Positions 1-11,138 of a DNA stretch of 64,000 bases are shown here, one piece after another; the stretch's first letter is position 1, and every line of letters starts with the position of its first letter. Source of the DNA: an uncultured Candidatus Saccharibacteria bacterium (GTDB lineage Bacteria > Patescibacteriota > Minisyncoccia > Phycocordibacterales > PALSA-1337); the NCBI GenBank assembly GCA_964367745.1, contig CAYIYK010000003.1, forward strand, positions 10,248 through 74,247, in the 5' to 3' direction. A program made the translations under genes and the position numbers. Under the pieces are notes generated by a model, which did not search any database, was not told the origin of the DNA, and saw only the letters and a program-made list of their open reading frames with translations.

Positions 1-283
1 TTGCTAGATATAGATGGCATTCTGGAGACTTTAGATATGGATATATACCTAGAGCGATAGAACGATTCACGATAAGTTCAGCAGGATTAAAGAATGCCAT
101 TAGGAACTCTACTGCGTGTCTTTCATCATCAGTCATTTTCTTCCAATCATCTAGGTCCTCTTTTAGAGTGATTTCGTGAGGAAACCAAGTATTACGTACA
201 GCTTGATTGTACAAATCATATGCCCACTTATACTTGATTGGATGTAAACTTGTATCTTCAGGTGCGGCTTTTCCGATAAGCAT
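1..283 (-). CDS. nrdB: Ribonucleotide reductase class I small (beta/R2) subunit. Only the 5' part is in the window: the start codon is at 283 and the gene runs off the window start.
   Basis: The minus-strand translation from the ATG at 283 reads MLIGKAAPEDTSLHPIKYKWAYDLYNQAVRNTWFPHEITLKEDLDDWKKMTDDERHAVEFLMAFFNPAELIVNRS... This matches the conserved R2 N-terminal pattern (W..Y......NFW.P.EI...D...W..L...E...FL.FF...E.IVN). It sits immediately downstream of nrdA on the same strand. Confidence 0.65.
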   Translation of the reverse strand, partial: MLIGKAAPEDTSLHPIKYKWAYDLYNQAVRNTWFPHEITLKEDLDDWKKMTDDERHAVEFLMAFFNPAELIVNRSIALGIYPYLKSPECHLYLA

Positions 284-307
284 AATATTTTATTTATTAA
301 TTTATAA

Positions 308-3010
308 TTACTGACAACTATCACACTGTGCTCTTTCTGCTGGATCTATAGGGCAAACTTTTGGTTGAGACTTTACTTGGAAGTTTGGATTGTTACTTAA
401 CTTTGCCATAATCTCATCTCTGGATAAAGAACTATCTTTTTTAACTTCAGGAACTGGTGACACTAGGGGCATACTTGGTTGTATTGTCGAGGCTTCTCTT
501 ACTTCATCTCTCATCTCTTCTCTTTGATAAACAGGTGTAGCAACCTTTGCAACTTCTACTCTTTGTATAATAAGTGGACTCTCTATTGGTTGTTTCACTT
601 CTGACACTACATCTTCTTTTGTTGCTGAAGCTACCGCTGCGAATCCTCTCTTTCCAATCTTTTCAGCTTTATTAACTTTAGTTGTACTTTGTTCTGCTGT
701 GTGTCGAGGTTTCATATGTAGATAATATGTAGACTTCAAACCTTTTTTCCAAGCAGTTGTGTAAATATCCATAGTTTCATCTATATCTCTTGTCTCAAGA
801 TACATATTTCTTGAAAGTGCTTGATCTACCCATTTCTGTGCACGTGCAGCTACTTCTACATAAGCTAAAGGTGAAGTTGTGAATGATGTTTTATAAACAT
901 CTTTGATATGTTGTGGAATACCTGGAATGTTTGAGATGTCTCCTTGATTCTCAATGATAGCTTCTCGAACCTTTTCCCAAATTCCCATATTCTTAAGATC
1001 TTTAACTAGGTTATGGTTTATGTCCATATATTTTCCTGAAATCTTATTTCTAGAAAATACTTGAGCAAAACGCGCATCGATTCCTGGAGTTGTTCCTACC
1101 ACTAGACCGATATTTGCATTTGGAGCAACAGCCATCAAAGTAGCATTTCTAATTCCCTTTTTAACTTTCTCTCTTAGAATCTGCCAATTAAGTCCTCTGT
1201 GTTTACTCTGACTATCTACAGTTACTGCAATTCCTCTTGAATCACCAACTTTGTTTAAAGTATCTATTGGAACTTTTCCTTTTGACCATTCTGAACCAGT
1301 GAAGTGACTATATGATCCTCTTTCTTGAGCTAGATTTGCACTTTCATCTATAGCCATATAACTTACGAATTCAAATATTCTGTCAGCAAAATCCCAAGCA
1401 TGTTCACTATCATAAGACATACCAAGTTGTTCAATAGTATCTGCAAATCCCATCACTCCAAGACCGATAGCACGATTCTCTCTATCTGATTTTGCCGCTT
1501 CTGCAATCGGTAGAATATTTATATCTATTAGGTTATCCAATTGTCGAACTGCAAGCCGAACACTTTCTTCCAATCTTCCCCAGTGTACTTCTTTATTCTT
1601 TATATGAGCTGCAAGGTTCAAAGATGCGAGGTTACATACAGCTACATTGTCTTTGTCTTGAGGTAGACAAATCTCCGTACAAAGATTCGACATATGAATC
1701 GTCCCTGTATTGTTATTCAAAGCACGGTTGTTTATTGTATCTTTCCAAACGAGCCATGGATGTGAAGTAGATTGTAGAGAAGTAAGTATTTGTCTGTATT
1801 GTTCTTTTGCTGGAACTTTTTTAAACATTACCAATTCTCCTCTCTCTGCTTTTTCTATGTATTGAGCATATTTTATACTGAATTCTTTTCCATATAGTTC
1901 ATTTAGATCTCCTGTTTCTGCAGGGTCGAACATATACCAATCTTGATCCTTTTCTACTCTAGACATGAATTCATCTGAAAGAAATGCAGCGGTATTTGCT
2001 GTACGCATACGCATATAGTCATCACCTGCATTGTGTTTCCAATCTAGGAATTCTGGAAAATCGTAATGCCAGTTCTCCATATAGAAACATAGAGCTCCCT
2101 TTTTCTTTCCACCTCTCATAACAGCACGGATGGCTGTATCGATTATTTTTGCAAAAGGAGTAGGTCCACTAGAAACCCCACCGAAATTTGATTTCAAAGG
2201 AGAACCAGTTGCTCGTAGTTTTGTAATAGATGCACCGATTCCTCCTGAGCCTTTTGATAGAAGTAGAACATCTGATACAGACTTCGCAATATGTCCCATA
2301 TCATCGTGTATCTCCATTAGATAACAGTTTGAAAGTGCTGGGCGTGTAGTACCTGAACCGAGGTTTGTAGATCCACCAGCTATATACTGATGACGAGACA
2401 TTTTGTCATAGAACTTCTTTGCATATTCATTTGGATTTTTCTCATTGTAACAAAGCCCCATAGCAACTCTCATGAAGAAGTATTGTGGTGTTTCTAGAGG
2501 ATGTTGCTTATCGTCTTTTAAGAAATATCTATTTATAAGTCCATCTAGACCTGCATAGACGAAGAGTTCATCTCTATCTAAAGATATATAATCAGCCAAC
2601 TCTTCGAGATTGAACTTTGATCCCATATCCTTGTGAAGACGATTTTGTTCTATTCCAGATTTAATGTAGTGGATAAAAGCGTCTCTGTGCTTTTTCTGTA
2701 AATCAGCTGGATTCTCTTTATCATATTCACCAATAACTCTACGATAAACAGTCTTTAGAAGAAGTCTAGTTGCTACTCTATCGTATTGGATATCCTCTTT
2801 AATATTTTGAACTGCAGCATTTATAGTTGCATGATCTAGTTCGTCAGTAGTAATACCATTATAAAGAGTCAAATATGTCTCTGTAGCTATTTGAGTAACC
2901 ATAGCTATAGGATCAACAAGTCCAGCACAAGCTCTCTCGATAGAACGATTTACTCTATCTGCATTATGCAATTCACGTGTACCATCAGTCTTCGTTATGT
3001 ATATGCTCAT
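308..3010 (-). CDS. nrdA: Ribonucleoside-diphosphate reductase large (alpha) subunit with an N-terminal ATP-cone
   Basis: A 900-aa ORF. The N-terminus is ATP-cone-like (ITKTDGTRELHNADRVNRSIERA). Catalytic-core motifs are present (LSNCYL, NLCTEICLP, GLGVMGFAD) and there is a C-terminal Cys cluster (CPIDPAERAQCDSCQ). nrdB follows on the same strand. Confidence 0.85.
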   Translation of the reverse strand: MSIYITKTDGTRELHNADRVNRSIERACAGLVDPIAMVTQIATETYLTLYNGITTDELDHATINAAVQNIKEDIQYDRVATRLLLKTVYRRVIGEYDKENPADLQKKHRDAFIHYIKSGIEQNRLHKDMGSKFNLEELADYISLDRDELFVYAGLDGLINRYFLKDDKQHPLETPQYFFMRVAMGLCYNEKNPNEYAKKFYDKMSRHQYIAGGSTNLGSGTTRPALSNCYLMEIHDDMGHIAKSVSDVLLLSKGSGGIGASITKLRATGSPLKSNFGGVSSGPTPFAKIIDTAIRAVMRGGKKKGALCFYMENWHYDFPEFLDWKHNAGDDYMRMRTANTAAFLSDEFMSRVEKDQDWYMFDPAETGDLNELYGKEFSIKYAQYIEKAERGELVMFKKVPAKEQYRQILTSLQSTSHPWLVWKDTINNRALNNNTGTIHMSNLCTEICLPQDKDNVAVCNLASLNLAAHIKNKEVHWGRLEESVRLAVRQLDNLIDINILPIAEAAKSDRENRAIGLGVMGFADTIEQLGMSYDSEHAWDFADRIFEFVSYMAIDESANLAQERGSYSHFTGSEWSKGKVPIDTLNKVGDSRGIAVTVDSQSKHRGLNWQILREKVKKGIRNATLMAVAPNANIGLVVGTTPGIDARFAQVFSRNKISGKYMDINHNLVKDLKNMGIWEKVREAIIENQGDISNIPGIPQHIKDVYKTSFTTSPLAYVEVAARAQKWVDQALSRNMYLETRDIDETMDIYTTAWKKGLKSTYYLHMKPRHTAEQSTTKVNKAEKIGKRGFAAVASATKEDVVSEVKQPIESPLIIQRVEVAKVATPVYQREEMRDEVREASTIQPSMPLVSPVPEVKKDSSLSRDEIMAKLSNNPNFQVKSQPKVCPIDPAERAQCDSCQ

Positions 3011-3124
3011 AAATTAATAATATTATTTCTACTAGTGGAGACATTTTACCTTTTTAGCAAGGTTAAAAAAAGGGGAAAATAACTTTTTTTATAGATAAGA
3101 GACAGAAATTTAAAAATGTAAATA

Positions 3125-3580
3125 CTACTCCTTCGTCAATTTTAAAATATTTCCCACCTCTATATTATTTTCATCAGAAAAACCAGCATTTGTCTCGATT
3201 ACGTATAGGCTTTTTTCTGGTGGGAAGAATTGTTCTGGATAACTATCTACTGATGCATTTTTCTCAATATCAACAACTTTTTTATTTTCATCTAGCCAAA
3301 TAATATCTATTGGGAATTTCATATCTTTCATCCAAAAACCATAAGTGTCAGGTTTATCAAAGACAAAAAGCATTGCGCTTCCCTTTACTAGAGTCGCTCT
3401 ACCACTTAGTCCAGCTATTCTCGACGCTTCTGTATCAGAAACAATGAGTGGAATATCCTTGTTATTTATATCGAGTTTATATTTAGAAATATTTTTAATA
3501 TTTGTATCTTTTGGTAAGACACAGAATATCCAAATAATAATAGCAACCAGTATTACGTAAAATGGTATTTTCTTTTTCAT
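3125..3580 (-). CDS. DUF192-family protein (COG1430) with an N-terminal membrane anchor
   Basis: 151 aa with an N-terminal TM/signal segment. The core SAMLFVFDKPDTYGFWMKDMKFPIDIIWLD is typical of DUF192. Confidence 0.55.
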   Translation of the reverse strand: MKKKIPFYVILVAIIIWIFCVLPKDTNIKNISKYKLDINNKDIPLIVSDTEASRIAGLSGRATLVKGSAMLFVFDKPDTYGFWMKDMKFPIDIIWLDENKKVVDIEKNASVDSYPEQFFPPEKSLYVIETNAGFSDENNIEVGNILKLTKE

Positions 3581-3649
3581 GTATATTATTATCCCCTTTT
3601 AATTATTTTTCATCAAGATGACTAAAATGAAAAAAGATATGTTAATATT

Positions 3650-4207
3650 ATGTATATGAAAATTTCTTTTGTAGGACCATTTGCAGTAGGAAAAGATGCT
3701 GTATCAAGCTATATAGAAAAAAAATACAATCTAACCCACATATCTAGTGGCAATATCATAAGAGACTATATAACAAAGAATAATCTAGGTGGTCTAGATA
3801 GAAAGAACCTACAAATAGTAGCAAATAAAATGAGGGTTGATGGTGGTGGTGATATTCTAGTCAAAATGGCTTTAGCTGAAGCAAAAGACAATGTAATTGT
3901 TAGTGGACTGCGCGCAATAGATGAAGTAGAGACCTTTAAGAAAATGGGTGGCAATATAATAGCAATCACCGCTCCGATCGAACAGAGGTATAAACTAGCA
4001 CAAATGAGAGGACGTGTAGATGATCATATTTCCTTCGAAGAATTTAAAAAAATTGAAGAGGAAGAAAATAGGAGTAAGGACCATAACGAACAAAATCTGT
4101 CCAAAGTCATAGCAATGGCAGATTTTGAAGTCATAAATGATGGAAGTCTTGAGGAGTTATTCGCGAAATGCGATAAGACTATTTCCCAGATTATGAATGG
4201 ATTCTAA
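3650..4207 (+). CDS. Small P-loop nucleotide-kinase-like protein (adenylate/cytidylate-kinase fold)
   Basis: 185 aa. There is a Walker-A-like GPFAVGKD near the N-terminus, and the size and layout resemble small NMP kinases. No specific family was recognised. Confidence 0.35.
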   Translation: MYMKISFVGPFAVGKDAVSSYIEKKYNLTHISSGNIIRDYITKNNLGGLDRKNLQIVANKMRVDGGGDILVKMALAEAKDNVIVSGLRAIDEVETFKKMGGNIIAITAPIEQRYKLAQMRGRVDDHISFEEFKKIEEEENRSKDHNEQNLSKVIAMADFEVINDGSLEELFAKCDKTISQIMNGF

Positions 4208-4209
4208 TA

Positions 4210-4713
4210 TTATCTTGAGAATATACTCATGATTGCATCCCATAGACTAGCAAGGTTTGCGCCGAAACTCTTTTCAACTGCAAAAGTCACATTGTCTACA
4301 CTTGATACACAACCACCTGTAAACTTTTCAGGGTTTCCACAACCAATTTCGATTTGTAGATTTTCACCTAGTTCATCTCTTTTTGGTGACCACTTGAAAC
4401 TTCCATCATTCTCAGTATTTGCAGCAATTTGCCTAACTAGTTCATAACTCACTGGTGAGTCTGAAACCTTTTTAATCAAGTTAATATTTATACTAGCTTC
4501 CGCTGGGAAATTCTCAGTAGTCCAAGTTATGCTTTGATTTGAACCTGTCTTTATTACAGATTTTGATACTGAAGATACAGAATTTACCTTTGCTTCATTT
4601 GAAGCATTGGCAATAGTAAAACCTGATGAAAATAATGCTAATGTGATTATTGAACTTGCTAATAGATAAGATGTTTTATTCATATTTTTTATTATTATTT
4701 TATAAGTATACAC
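4210..4713 (-). CDS. Hypothetical secreted/membrane-anchored protein
   Basis: 167 aa. It has an N-terminal hydrophobic signal/anchor, Ser/Thr-rich mature regions and Cys residues near the C-terminus. No recognisable domain. Confidence 0.3.
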   Translation of the reverse strand: MYTYKIIIKNMNKTSYLLASSIITLALFSSGFTIANASNEAKVNSVSSVSKSVIKTGSNQSITWTTENFPAEASININLIKKVSDSPVSYELVRQIAANTENDGSFKWSPKRDELGENLQIEIGCGNPEKFTGGCVSSVDNVTFAVEKSFGANLASLWDAIMSIFSR

Positions 4714-4752
4714 GAAATTCTCGAGTTGTCAAGGTCTATATAAAGTGGATAA

Positions 4753-5709
4753 CTACTTCATTTTTAACCTAGATCCTGCACCCAATAATAATAACACGAT
4801 AGCGATAGAAAAATGTGGTAAATGTCCCATAAGCTCCACAGGACCTAGCATAACTAATGTTGATAATAAGAATACAGCTAGGGTTATAGTTGTCGTTCGA
4901 GTAACAAGTCCGAGCATAAGGAACAATCCAAATAGCGCTTCTACAACGCCAGCTGAGAATGCAAACCAATAATCAGTAAACCAAGTAAAGCCGATATTAT
5001 GCATGAAATTCCAATGATACAGACTCAAGAAATTCTCAGTAAGTGAAGGAGACATTATCTTCTCAGAGAAGCCAAGAATAAAGAGATTTAGTCCTGTACC
5101 AATTCTTAGCAGTGGTAATCCATAAGAATGGATTTTATGTGTATATTCTTTGAATATTTCTGTATCAACTATTCTCCATTTTGGTCTTCCTACAATCATT
5201 GCAAATAAACTGAAACCAAGCATTTCGAATGTATCCATCATTTCCATAAAACCGTATTCTTTTATTCCAAGAATAAATAGAATCACGAGCAGAAAACCTC
5301 CGATTCTCTCATAATACCCTGCTAGTATCATTATTCCCGCTAGAGTTTGGGTAATGATAAGTAGTAAAGCTAGTGGACCGTTTGCAATTAGATTTGGAGC
5401 GAAGATAAAACCGTTATATGAAAATATAAGGAAAGACAATCCAAAACCAATACTTGAAATAGATATTACATAGGGTGCCCACTTCTCTTCTATACGACGA
5501 AACCATGCTGGAATCTTTAGCTTTTTTTCTAGGATATAACCAATGATGAGGATTACGATCACAGCTATAATAGCAATGATTACCGGAAGGTCTGTTAATT
5601 CATAAGGCCTTATTTCTTTTACTGGATGAGCAAACCATTTTACATGTGCTGAGACCAAAAAAGGAACTGAGAATAAAACTGAAACAATTGATAATATTTT
5701 TTTGTACAT
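4753..5709 (-). CDS. Polytopic integral membrane protein, uncharacterised
   Basis: 318 aa with an N-terminal signal-like segment and at least 8 hydrophobic helices. No catalytic motif recognised. Confidence 0.35.
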   Translation of the reverse strand: MYKKILSIVSVLFSVPFLVSAHVKWFAHPVKEIRPYELTDLPVIIAIIAVIVILIIGYILEKKLKIPAWFRRIEEKWAPYVISISSIGFGLSFLIFSYNGFIFAPNLIANGPLALLLIITQTLAGIMILAGYYERIGGFLLVILFILGIKEYGFMEMMDTFEMLGFSLFAMIVGRPKWRIVDTEIFKEYTHKIHSYGLPLLRIGTGLNLFILGFSEKIMSPSLTENFLSLYHWNFMHNIGFTWFTDYWFAFSAGVVEALFGLFLMLGLVTRTTTITLAVFLLSTLVMLGPVELMGHLPHFSIAIVLLLLGAGSRLKMK

Positions 5710-5780
5710 GTATCAATTATACATTACAGAAATCAGTCTTTTTTATAAATATGTGAAGAAATAGGATTGTTTGACAAATC

Positions 5781-5812
5781 ACCTGTTTTGGTGTATTATA
5801 TTAAAAGAATAG
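5781..5812 (+). promoter_or_regulatory. Sigma70-type promoter for the 5834 gene
   Basis: TTGACA, then a 17-nt spacer (aatcacctgttttggtg), then TATTAT. It lies about 20 nt upstream of the ORF start. Confidence 0.4.
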
Positions 5813-5833
5813 CTGCCGAACTATTTTGAATAT

Positions 5834-6628
5834 ATGAAGTATCTCCTAGCTCATGAGGCTAGTAGATGGACACAATCCCATTATTCTCAAAAGGCATTTA
5901 AAATGATTAATATCGAAAGCGCTCGCAGGTTACTCAACAAGGTTTCTCCCGAGATCGTAAAACATTGGGAGAAGGAAAAAGGGGTCGGTCTTGCTATGAC
6001 AATCGCTCAGATTGAACAGATCGAACAGAACAGGCAAAAACCTAGGACAAGGAATAGAAAGCTTGAATTGTTAGTTATTATGATAGTTATCACCGCATAC
6101 ATACTACTATTATCACTATTGAGAAATAGTGTAATAGCGATGATGATTCTGATGATCTTCATGGTTGCGTCAATTGGTTTTTATTACGGACGATTGAACC
6201 GAAAGGATCGTGAGTCTTTTCAAAAAGAATCCAATGAAGACGCGGAGCAAGCAAGGCTATCAGATTCAATCACCGCCTTCTGGGAAACCATTTTCAGTGT
6301 TTGTGAACACAACACACTTCCCCAAGACAACCTCGTAGATGCGGAATACCTGAAAGGTGTATTGCATACCACAATTAAGGACCTGCTTTTGAAACAAGCA
6401 GTACTCAGGATGAAAAACTCCAATCCAAGCTTTGATGTAGATAATGTCGCTGCAGCAGCGATTGAATACACAAGTGCAGATGTATACCTGGACAATCAAT
6501 GGGAAACCGTCAAGAATGAACTAGGTGTAGATATAAAAAGGAAAGAGATGTTCAAAAAAGCCGAAGATGAAATGCGAATTACCCATCCCGGCCTTAGTCA
6601 GTACTTCAAGACAACAGAGGGGCAATAA
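5834..6628 (+). CDS. Hypothetical protein with two central TM helices. The local GC is higher than in the neighbours.
   Basis: 264 aa. The hydrophobic stretch is LELLVIMIVITAYILLLSLLRNSVIAMMILMIFMVASIGFYY. The gene is flanked by its own promoter and terminator, and the true start may be an internal Met. Confidence 0.35.
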   Translation: MKYLLAHEASRWTQSHYSQKAFKMINIESARRLLNKVSPEIVKHWEKEKGVGLAMTIAQIEQIEQNRQKPRTRNRKLELLVIMIVITAYILLLSLLRNSVIAMMILMIFMVASIGFYYGRLNRKDRESFQKESNEDAEQARLSDSITAFWETIFSVCEHNTLPQDNLVDAEYLKGVLHTTIKDLLLKQAVLRMKNSNPSFDVDNVAAAAIEYTSADVYLDNQWETVKNELGVDIKRKEMFKKAEDEMRITHPGLSQYFKTTEGQ

Positions 6629-6644
6629 GCACAACCCTCTCACA

Positions 6645-6676
6645 GCCACGATTTTGCAAAAGATCGTGGCTTTTTT
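6645..6676 (+). terminator. Rho-independent terminator
   Basis: An 8-bp stem (gccacgat ... atcgtggc) with a 10-nt loop, followed by TTTTTT. It sits between two convergent genes. Confidence 0.6.
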
Positions 6677-6677
6677 A

Positions 6678-7547
6678 TTACCAAGATCCACTCGAACCTC
6701 CTCCACCAGAGCTTCCACCTCCAAATCCTCCGAAGCCACCAGATGATCCTCCCCTTCCTCCTCCGATAAATAATGGCCAAATACCTCCACCCTTACTTGG
6801 TGGATGTTTTGAAACAAAATAATCAAAAATAAGACCAGCAATAGTAAGAGCTATTGTTGTAATAATAATTTTAAATGTAAAACCAAAAGCTATACCGAGA
6901 GCGATACCAATAATAAAACCAATAACGCCACCGAGCCACCAAGACTTCGTTCTACCTAATATACTTGAAAAGAAGATGATTGCCGACCAGAATATAAAGA
7001 TAATAAATTCAATAGATTTCCCACCGACTTTTACACTATTAGATTCATTTTTTATAGAATAATCAACATCACTAGTCACCACAGAAACAATAGCATTCGT
7101 TCCATCAGTAATTCCTTTTGGTAAATTCCCTGCTTTGAATTCTGGTAGAACTATTTTTTGAATAATTCCATTTGATTGCAAATCGGTTAATACACCTTCC
7201 AAACCATAACCAACTTCTATTCTTACTTTTCTTTCGTTTGGTGCGATAAGGAACAATACTCCATTATCCTTAGCTGAATTACCTATACCCCATTCTTTAA
7301 AAAGTTTTACTGCGTAAGTTTCTATCGTTTCATTACCTAGAGAATTTATAGTCACTATTGCGACTTGTATTGTTGTTTTATTATTAAGATCATTTAATTT
7401 TGATTCTATTTGATCTTTATTTTCTTTAGATAAAATACTTGCATAGTCATTTACAAAGCCCTGTGGTTTTCCAGGGCTTGTAAAAGCATTAGCAATAGTG
7501 ATGCTAAGTGCAAATATTATTGTTGCAAATAAAGCAACTTTCTTCAT
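6678..7547 (-). CDS. TPM-domain (TLP18.3/Psb32/MOLO-1, YgcG-like) protein with a C-terminal TM segment and Gly-rich tail
   Basis: A signal peptide, then GFVNDYASILSKENKDQIESKLNDL...VAIVTINSLGNETIETYAVKLFKEWGIG...GVLFLIAPNERKVRIEVGYGLEG, which is the TPM fold signature. The C-terminal tail is rich in GGGSSGG. Confidence 0.7.
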   Translation of the reverse strand: MKKVALFATIIFALSITIANAFTSPGKPQGFVNDYASILSKENKDQIESKLNDLNNKTTIQVAIVTINSLGNETIETYAVKLFKEWGIGNSAKDNGVLFLIAPNERKVRIEVGYGLEGVLTDLQSNGIIQKIVLPEFKAGNLPKGITDGTNAIVSVVTSDVDYSIKNESNSVKVGGKSIEFIIFIFWSAIIFFSSILGRTKSWWLGGVIGFIIGIALGIAFGFTFKIIITTIALTIAGLIFDYFVSKHPPSKGGGIWPLFIGGGRGGSSGGFGGFGGGSSGGGGSSGSW

Positions 7548-7549
7548 AT

Positions 7550-8107
7550 TTAGAATTTAACTTGTGGAGCTTGTTCAGCGCCTTTTACTGCTTCAAAATA
7601 TGATCTTTCCTTGAATCCAAATATTGATGCGATTATTGAACCTGGAACTTTCATTACTTTCAAATTGTATAGTTTTACAGAATCATTGAATCTCATTCTT
7701 TCTACATTGATACGATTCTCAGTGCCTTCTAGTTGTGACATCATTGATTGTACAGTCTCTGAAGATTTCAATGTCGGATAACTTTCAACTATTACCATAA
7801 GTCTACTTAGAGCACTTTCTACCTGTCCTGCAGCTATAGCTTTGTCATTTACATTTGAAGCTCCTGAATATCTTGTTCTTGCATCAGATATAGCAGTAAA
7901 GACTACTTGTTCTTGTTTCATTACACCCTTTGCTGATTCGATAAGGTTTGGAATAAGGTCAAAACGTCTTTGATAGTTTGTTTCTACTTGTTTCCATTGT
8001 GCATCTGCATCAACGTTTAAAGATACGAGACTATTGTAAGTCATGACTGTATATCCTCCCAAAATAACTAGTACTGCAACAATAACGATAATTATTTTTT
8101 TATTCAT
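7550..8107 (-). CDS. lemA: LemA-family membrane protein
   Basis: An N-terminal TM segment, then YNSLVSLNVDADAQWKQVETNYQRRFDLIPNLIESAKGVMKQEQVVFTAISDARTRY. This is the canonical LemA core. LemA is classically encoded next to a TPM-domain gene. Confidence 0.8.
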   Translation of the reverse strand: MNKKIIIVIVAVLVILGGYTVMTYNSLVSLNVDADAQWKQVETNYQRRFDLIPNLIESAKGVMKQEQVVFTAISDARTRYSGASNVNDKAIAAGQVESALSRLMVIVESYPTLKSSETVQSMMSQLEGTENRINVERMRFNDSVKLYNLKVMKVPGSIIASIFGFKERSYFEAVKGAEQAPQVKF

Positions 8108-8132
8108 TTTTAATTTAATTAACTAGTAACTA

Positions 8133-8819
8133 CTATTTCTTTGGAGAAGCCTTTGTCTCGTCTGTTCCTGCTGGACCAGTTACGAATTTGAATGATTTAA
8201 CCATGTCCTTGAATTGTGTATCTGCTTCATCAACTAACTTTGTATTGTTTGTAGATGCTAGTTTTACATCATCACCCTTGAATCCTTTACTAGCTGGAGT
8301 TAGAACGATTGAAGAATATGTGAATAGGTAACAAATTGAATTGTTTTGTAGTGAATACATTCTGTTAAAATAATTTCTACCTTGAACTGTATTTGAGATA
8401 GAGATCATGTTTAGAGTTGAATCACCAACTGTTAGAGTAGATCTTTCTTTAACTGTTGTTACAAGTGGGAAAGCACACTTTCCAGATACGATATCAACCT
8501 TCACTTCCAATTTTCCTATAGAATTCTTGTCTTTTGTAACACTAACTGGAATAGCAAGAGTAAGGTTACTAGGAGCTTCTGACTTTTCCCATGCTGTTGG
8601 GTATTTTACAGAGAAACCAAGTTCATCATTCTTGTATTCAGAAAGTTTTGTAGATACTGGTACTGTCTGACTTGTCGGTACTGGAGGAGTTTTCTCAGTT
8701 GTATTTTCACCACCTGAAACTACAGGAGACGGTGTACTTGGTCCATTAAACTTCCAAATAACTGCACCTGCGATAATAATTACTATAACGAAAGCTAATA
8801 TTTTTTTCATATCGCACAT
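8133..8819 (-). CDS. Hypothetical membrane-anchored extracytoplasmic protein
   Basis: 228 aa (the real start is likely MKKIL, a few codons in). It has an N-terminal TM anchor and a Pro/Thr/Ser-rich linker. It is co-oriented with the LemA/TPM pair. Confidence 0.3.
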   Translation of the reverse strand: MCDMKKILAFVIVIIIAGAVIWKFNGPSTPSPVVSGGENTTEKTPPVPTSQTVPVSTKLSEYKNDELGFSVKYPTAWEKSEAPSNLTLAIPVSVTKDKNSIGKLEVKVDIVSGKCAFPLVTTVKERSTLTVGDSTLNMISISNTVQGRNYFNRMYSLQNNSICYLFTYSSIVLTPASKGFKGDDVKLASTNNTKLVDEADTQFKDMVKSFKFVTGPAGTDETKASPKK

Positions 8820-8830
8820 TATAACAGATA

Positions 8831-10471
<1,641 letters not shown>

Positions 10472-10804
10472 TTATTTGATTATTGCTAATAATTCGCTTT
10501 CTTTTACTATATAGTATTCTTCATCATTTATTTTTACTTTATCTCCCCATTGAAATAGAACTTCATCACCTACTGATACAGATACTGGTATAACCTTTCC
10601 ATCTTCTGTTCTACCTTGACCTATAGCTACAACCTCTCCTCTTTTACCTCCTTTGTCTTCATTCACTGTTACTGGAATAATAATTCCTGATGCTGTTTTA
10701 TTTTCTTTATGTTTTGAATCTTCTTTTATTAAAACTCTATCAAATAGAGGTATGATAATCGTCGAACTGTTATTTGTTTTCGTCTTTTTTGTATCTTTTA
10801 TCAT
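10472..10804 (-). CDS. groS: Co-chaperonin GroES (Cpn10) with an N-terminal K/T-rich extension of about 17 aa
   Basis: IIPLFDRVLIKE...ASGIIIP...GEVVAIGQGR...GDEVLFQWGDKVKINDEEYYIVKESELLAII. This is the GroES fold, and it lies upstream of groL. Confidence 0.85.
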   Translation of the reverse strand: MIKDTKKTKTNNSSTIIIPLFDRVLIKEDSKHKENKTASGIIIPVTVNEDKGGKRGEVVAIGQGRTEDGKVIPVSVSVGDEVLFQWGDKVKINDEEYYIVKESELLAIIK

Positions 10805-10838
10805 AATGGAATTAAATTTTATAGTAATGAATGATCAT

Positions 10839-10867
10839 AAGCAATATTGCACGTTTAAACTGGCTAT
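10839..10867 (+). promoter_or_regulatory. Sigma70-type promoter for secG
   Basis: TTGCAC, then a 17-nt spacer (gtttaaactggctatgc), then TATAGT. It is about 16 nt upstream of the secG start. Confidence 0.35.
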
Positions 10868-10883
10868 GCTATAGTGTTCCGTA

Positions 10884-11114
10884 ATGAAGACGATCGCCTC
10901 TATACTACCGTACATACAGATTGTACTTGCTGTAATACTTTTAACAGCAATACTTCTTCAAAGAACTGGAGCACAAATCGGTGGTGCTTTTGGTGGTAGT
11001 GACAATTTTAGTTCTGCATTCCACACAAGACGGGGCTTCGAAAAACAACTCTTCATTGTAACAATCATAGTTGCAATACTCTTTGCAATTTCAGCGCTTT
11101 TGAGTCTTATTTAA
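10884..11114 (+). CDS. secG: Preprotein translocase subunit SecG
   Basis: 76 aa with two TM helices flanking the Gly-rich loop LLQRTGAQIGGAFGGSDNFSSAFHTRRGFEKQL. This is the SecG signature. Confidence 0.7.
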   Translation: MKTIASILPYIQIVLAVILLTAILLQRTGAQIGGAFGGSDNFSSAFHTRRGFEKQLFIVTIIVAILFAISALLSLI

Positions 11115-11138
11115 CATTGACTAAAATCTATACATTAT

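Noticed and set aside
6521-6841. A 106-aa minus-strand ORF overlapping the 3' end of the TPM-domain gene and the terminator.
   Set aside because: It overlaps a well-supported gene in another frame and spans the terminator hairpin. There is no domain content.
10805-10883. I looked for a CIRCE (HrcA operator, TTAGCACTC-N9-GAGTGCTAA) upstream of groES.
   Set aside because: No such inverted repeat is present in the 80-bp upstream region, so heat-shock control here, if any, is not CIRCE-type.
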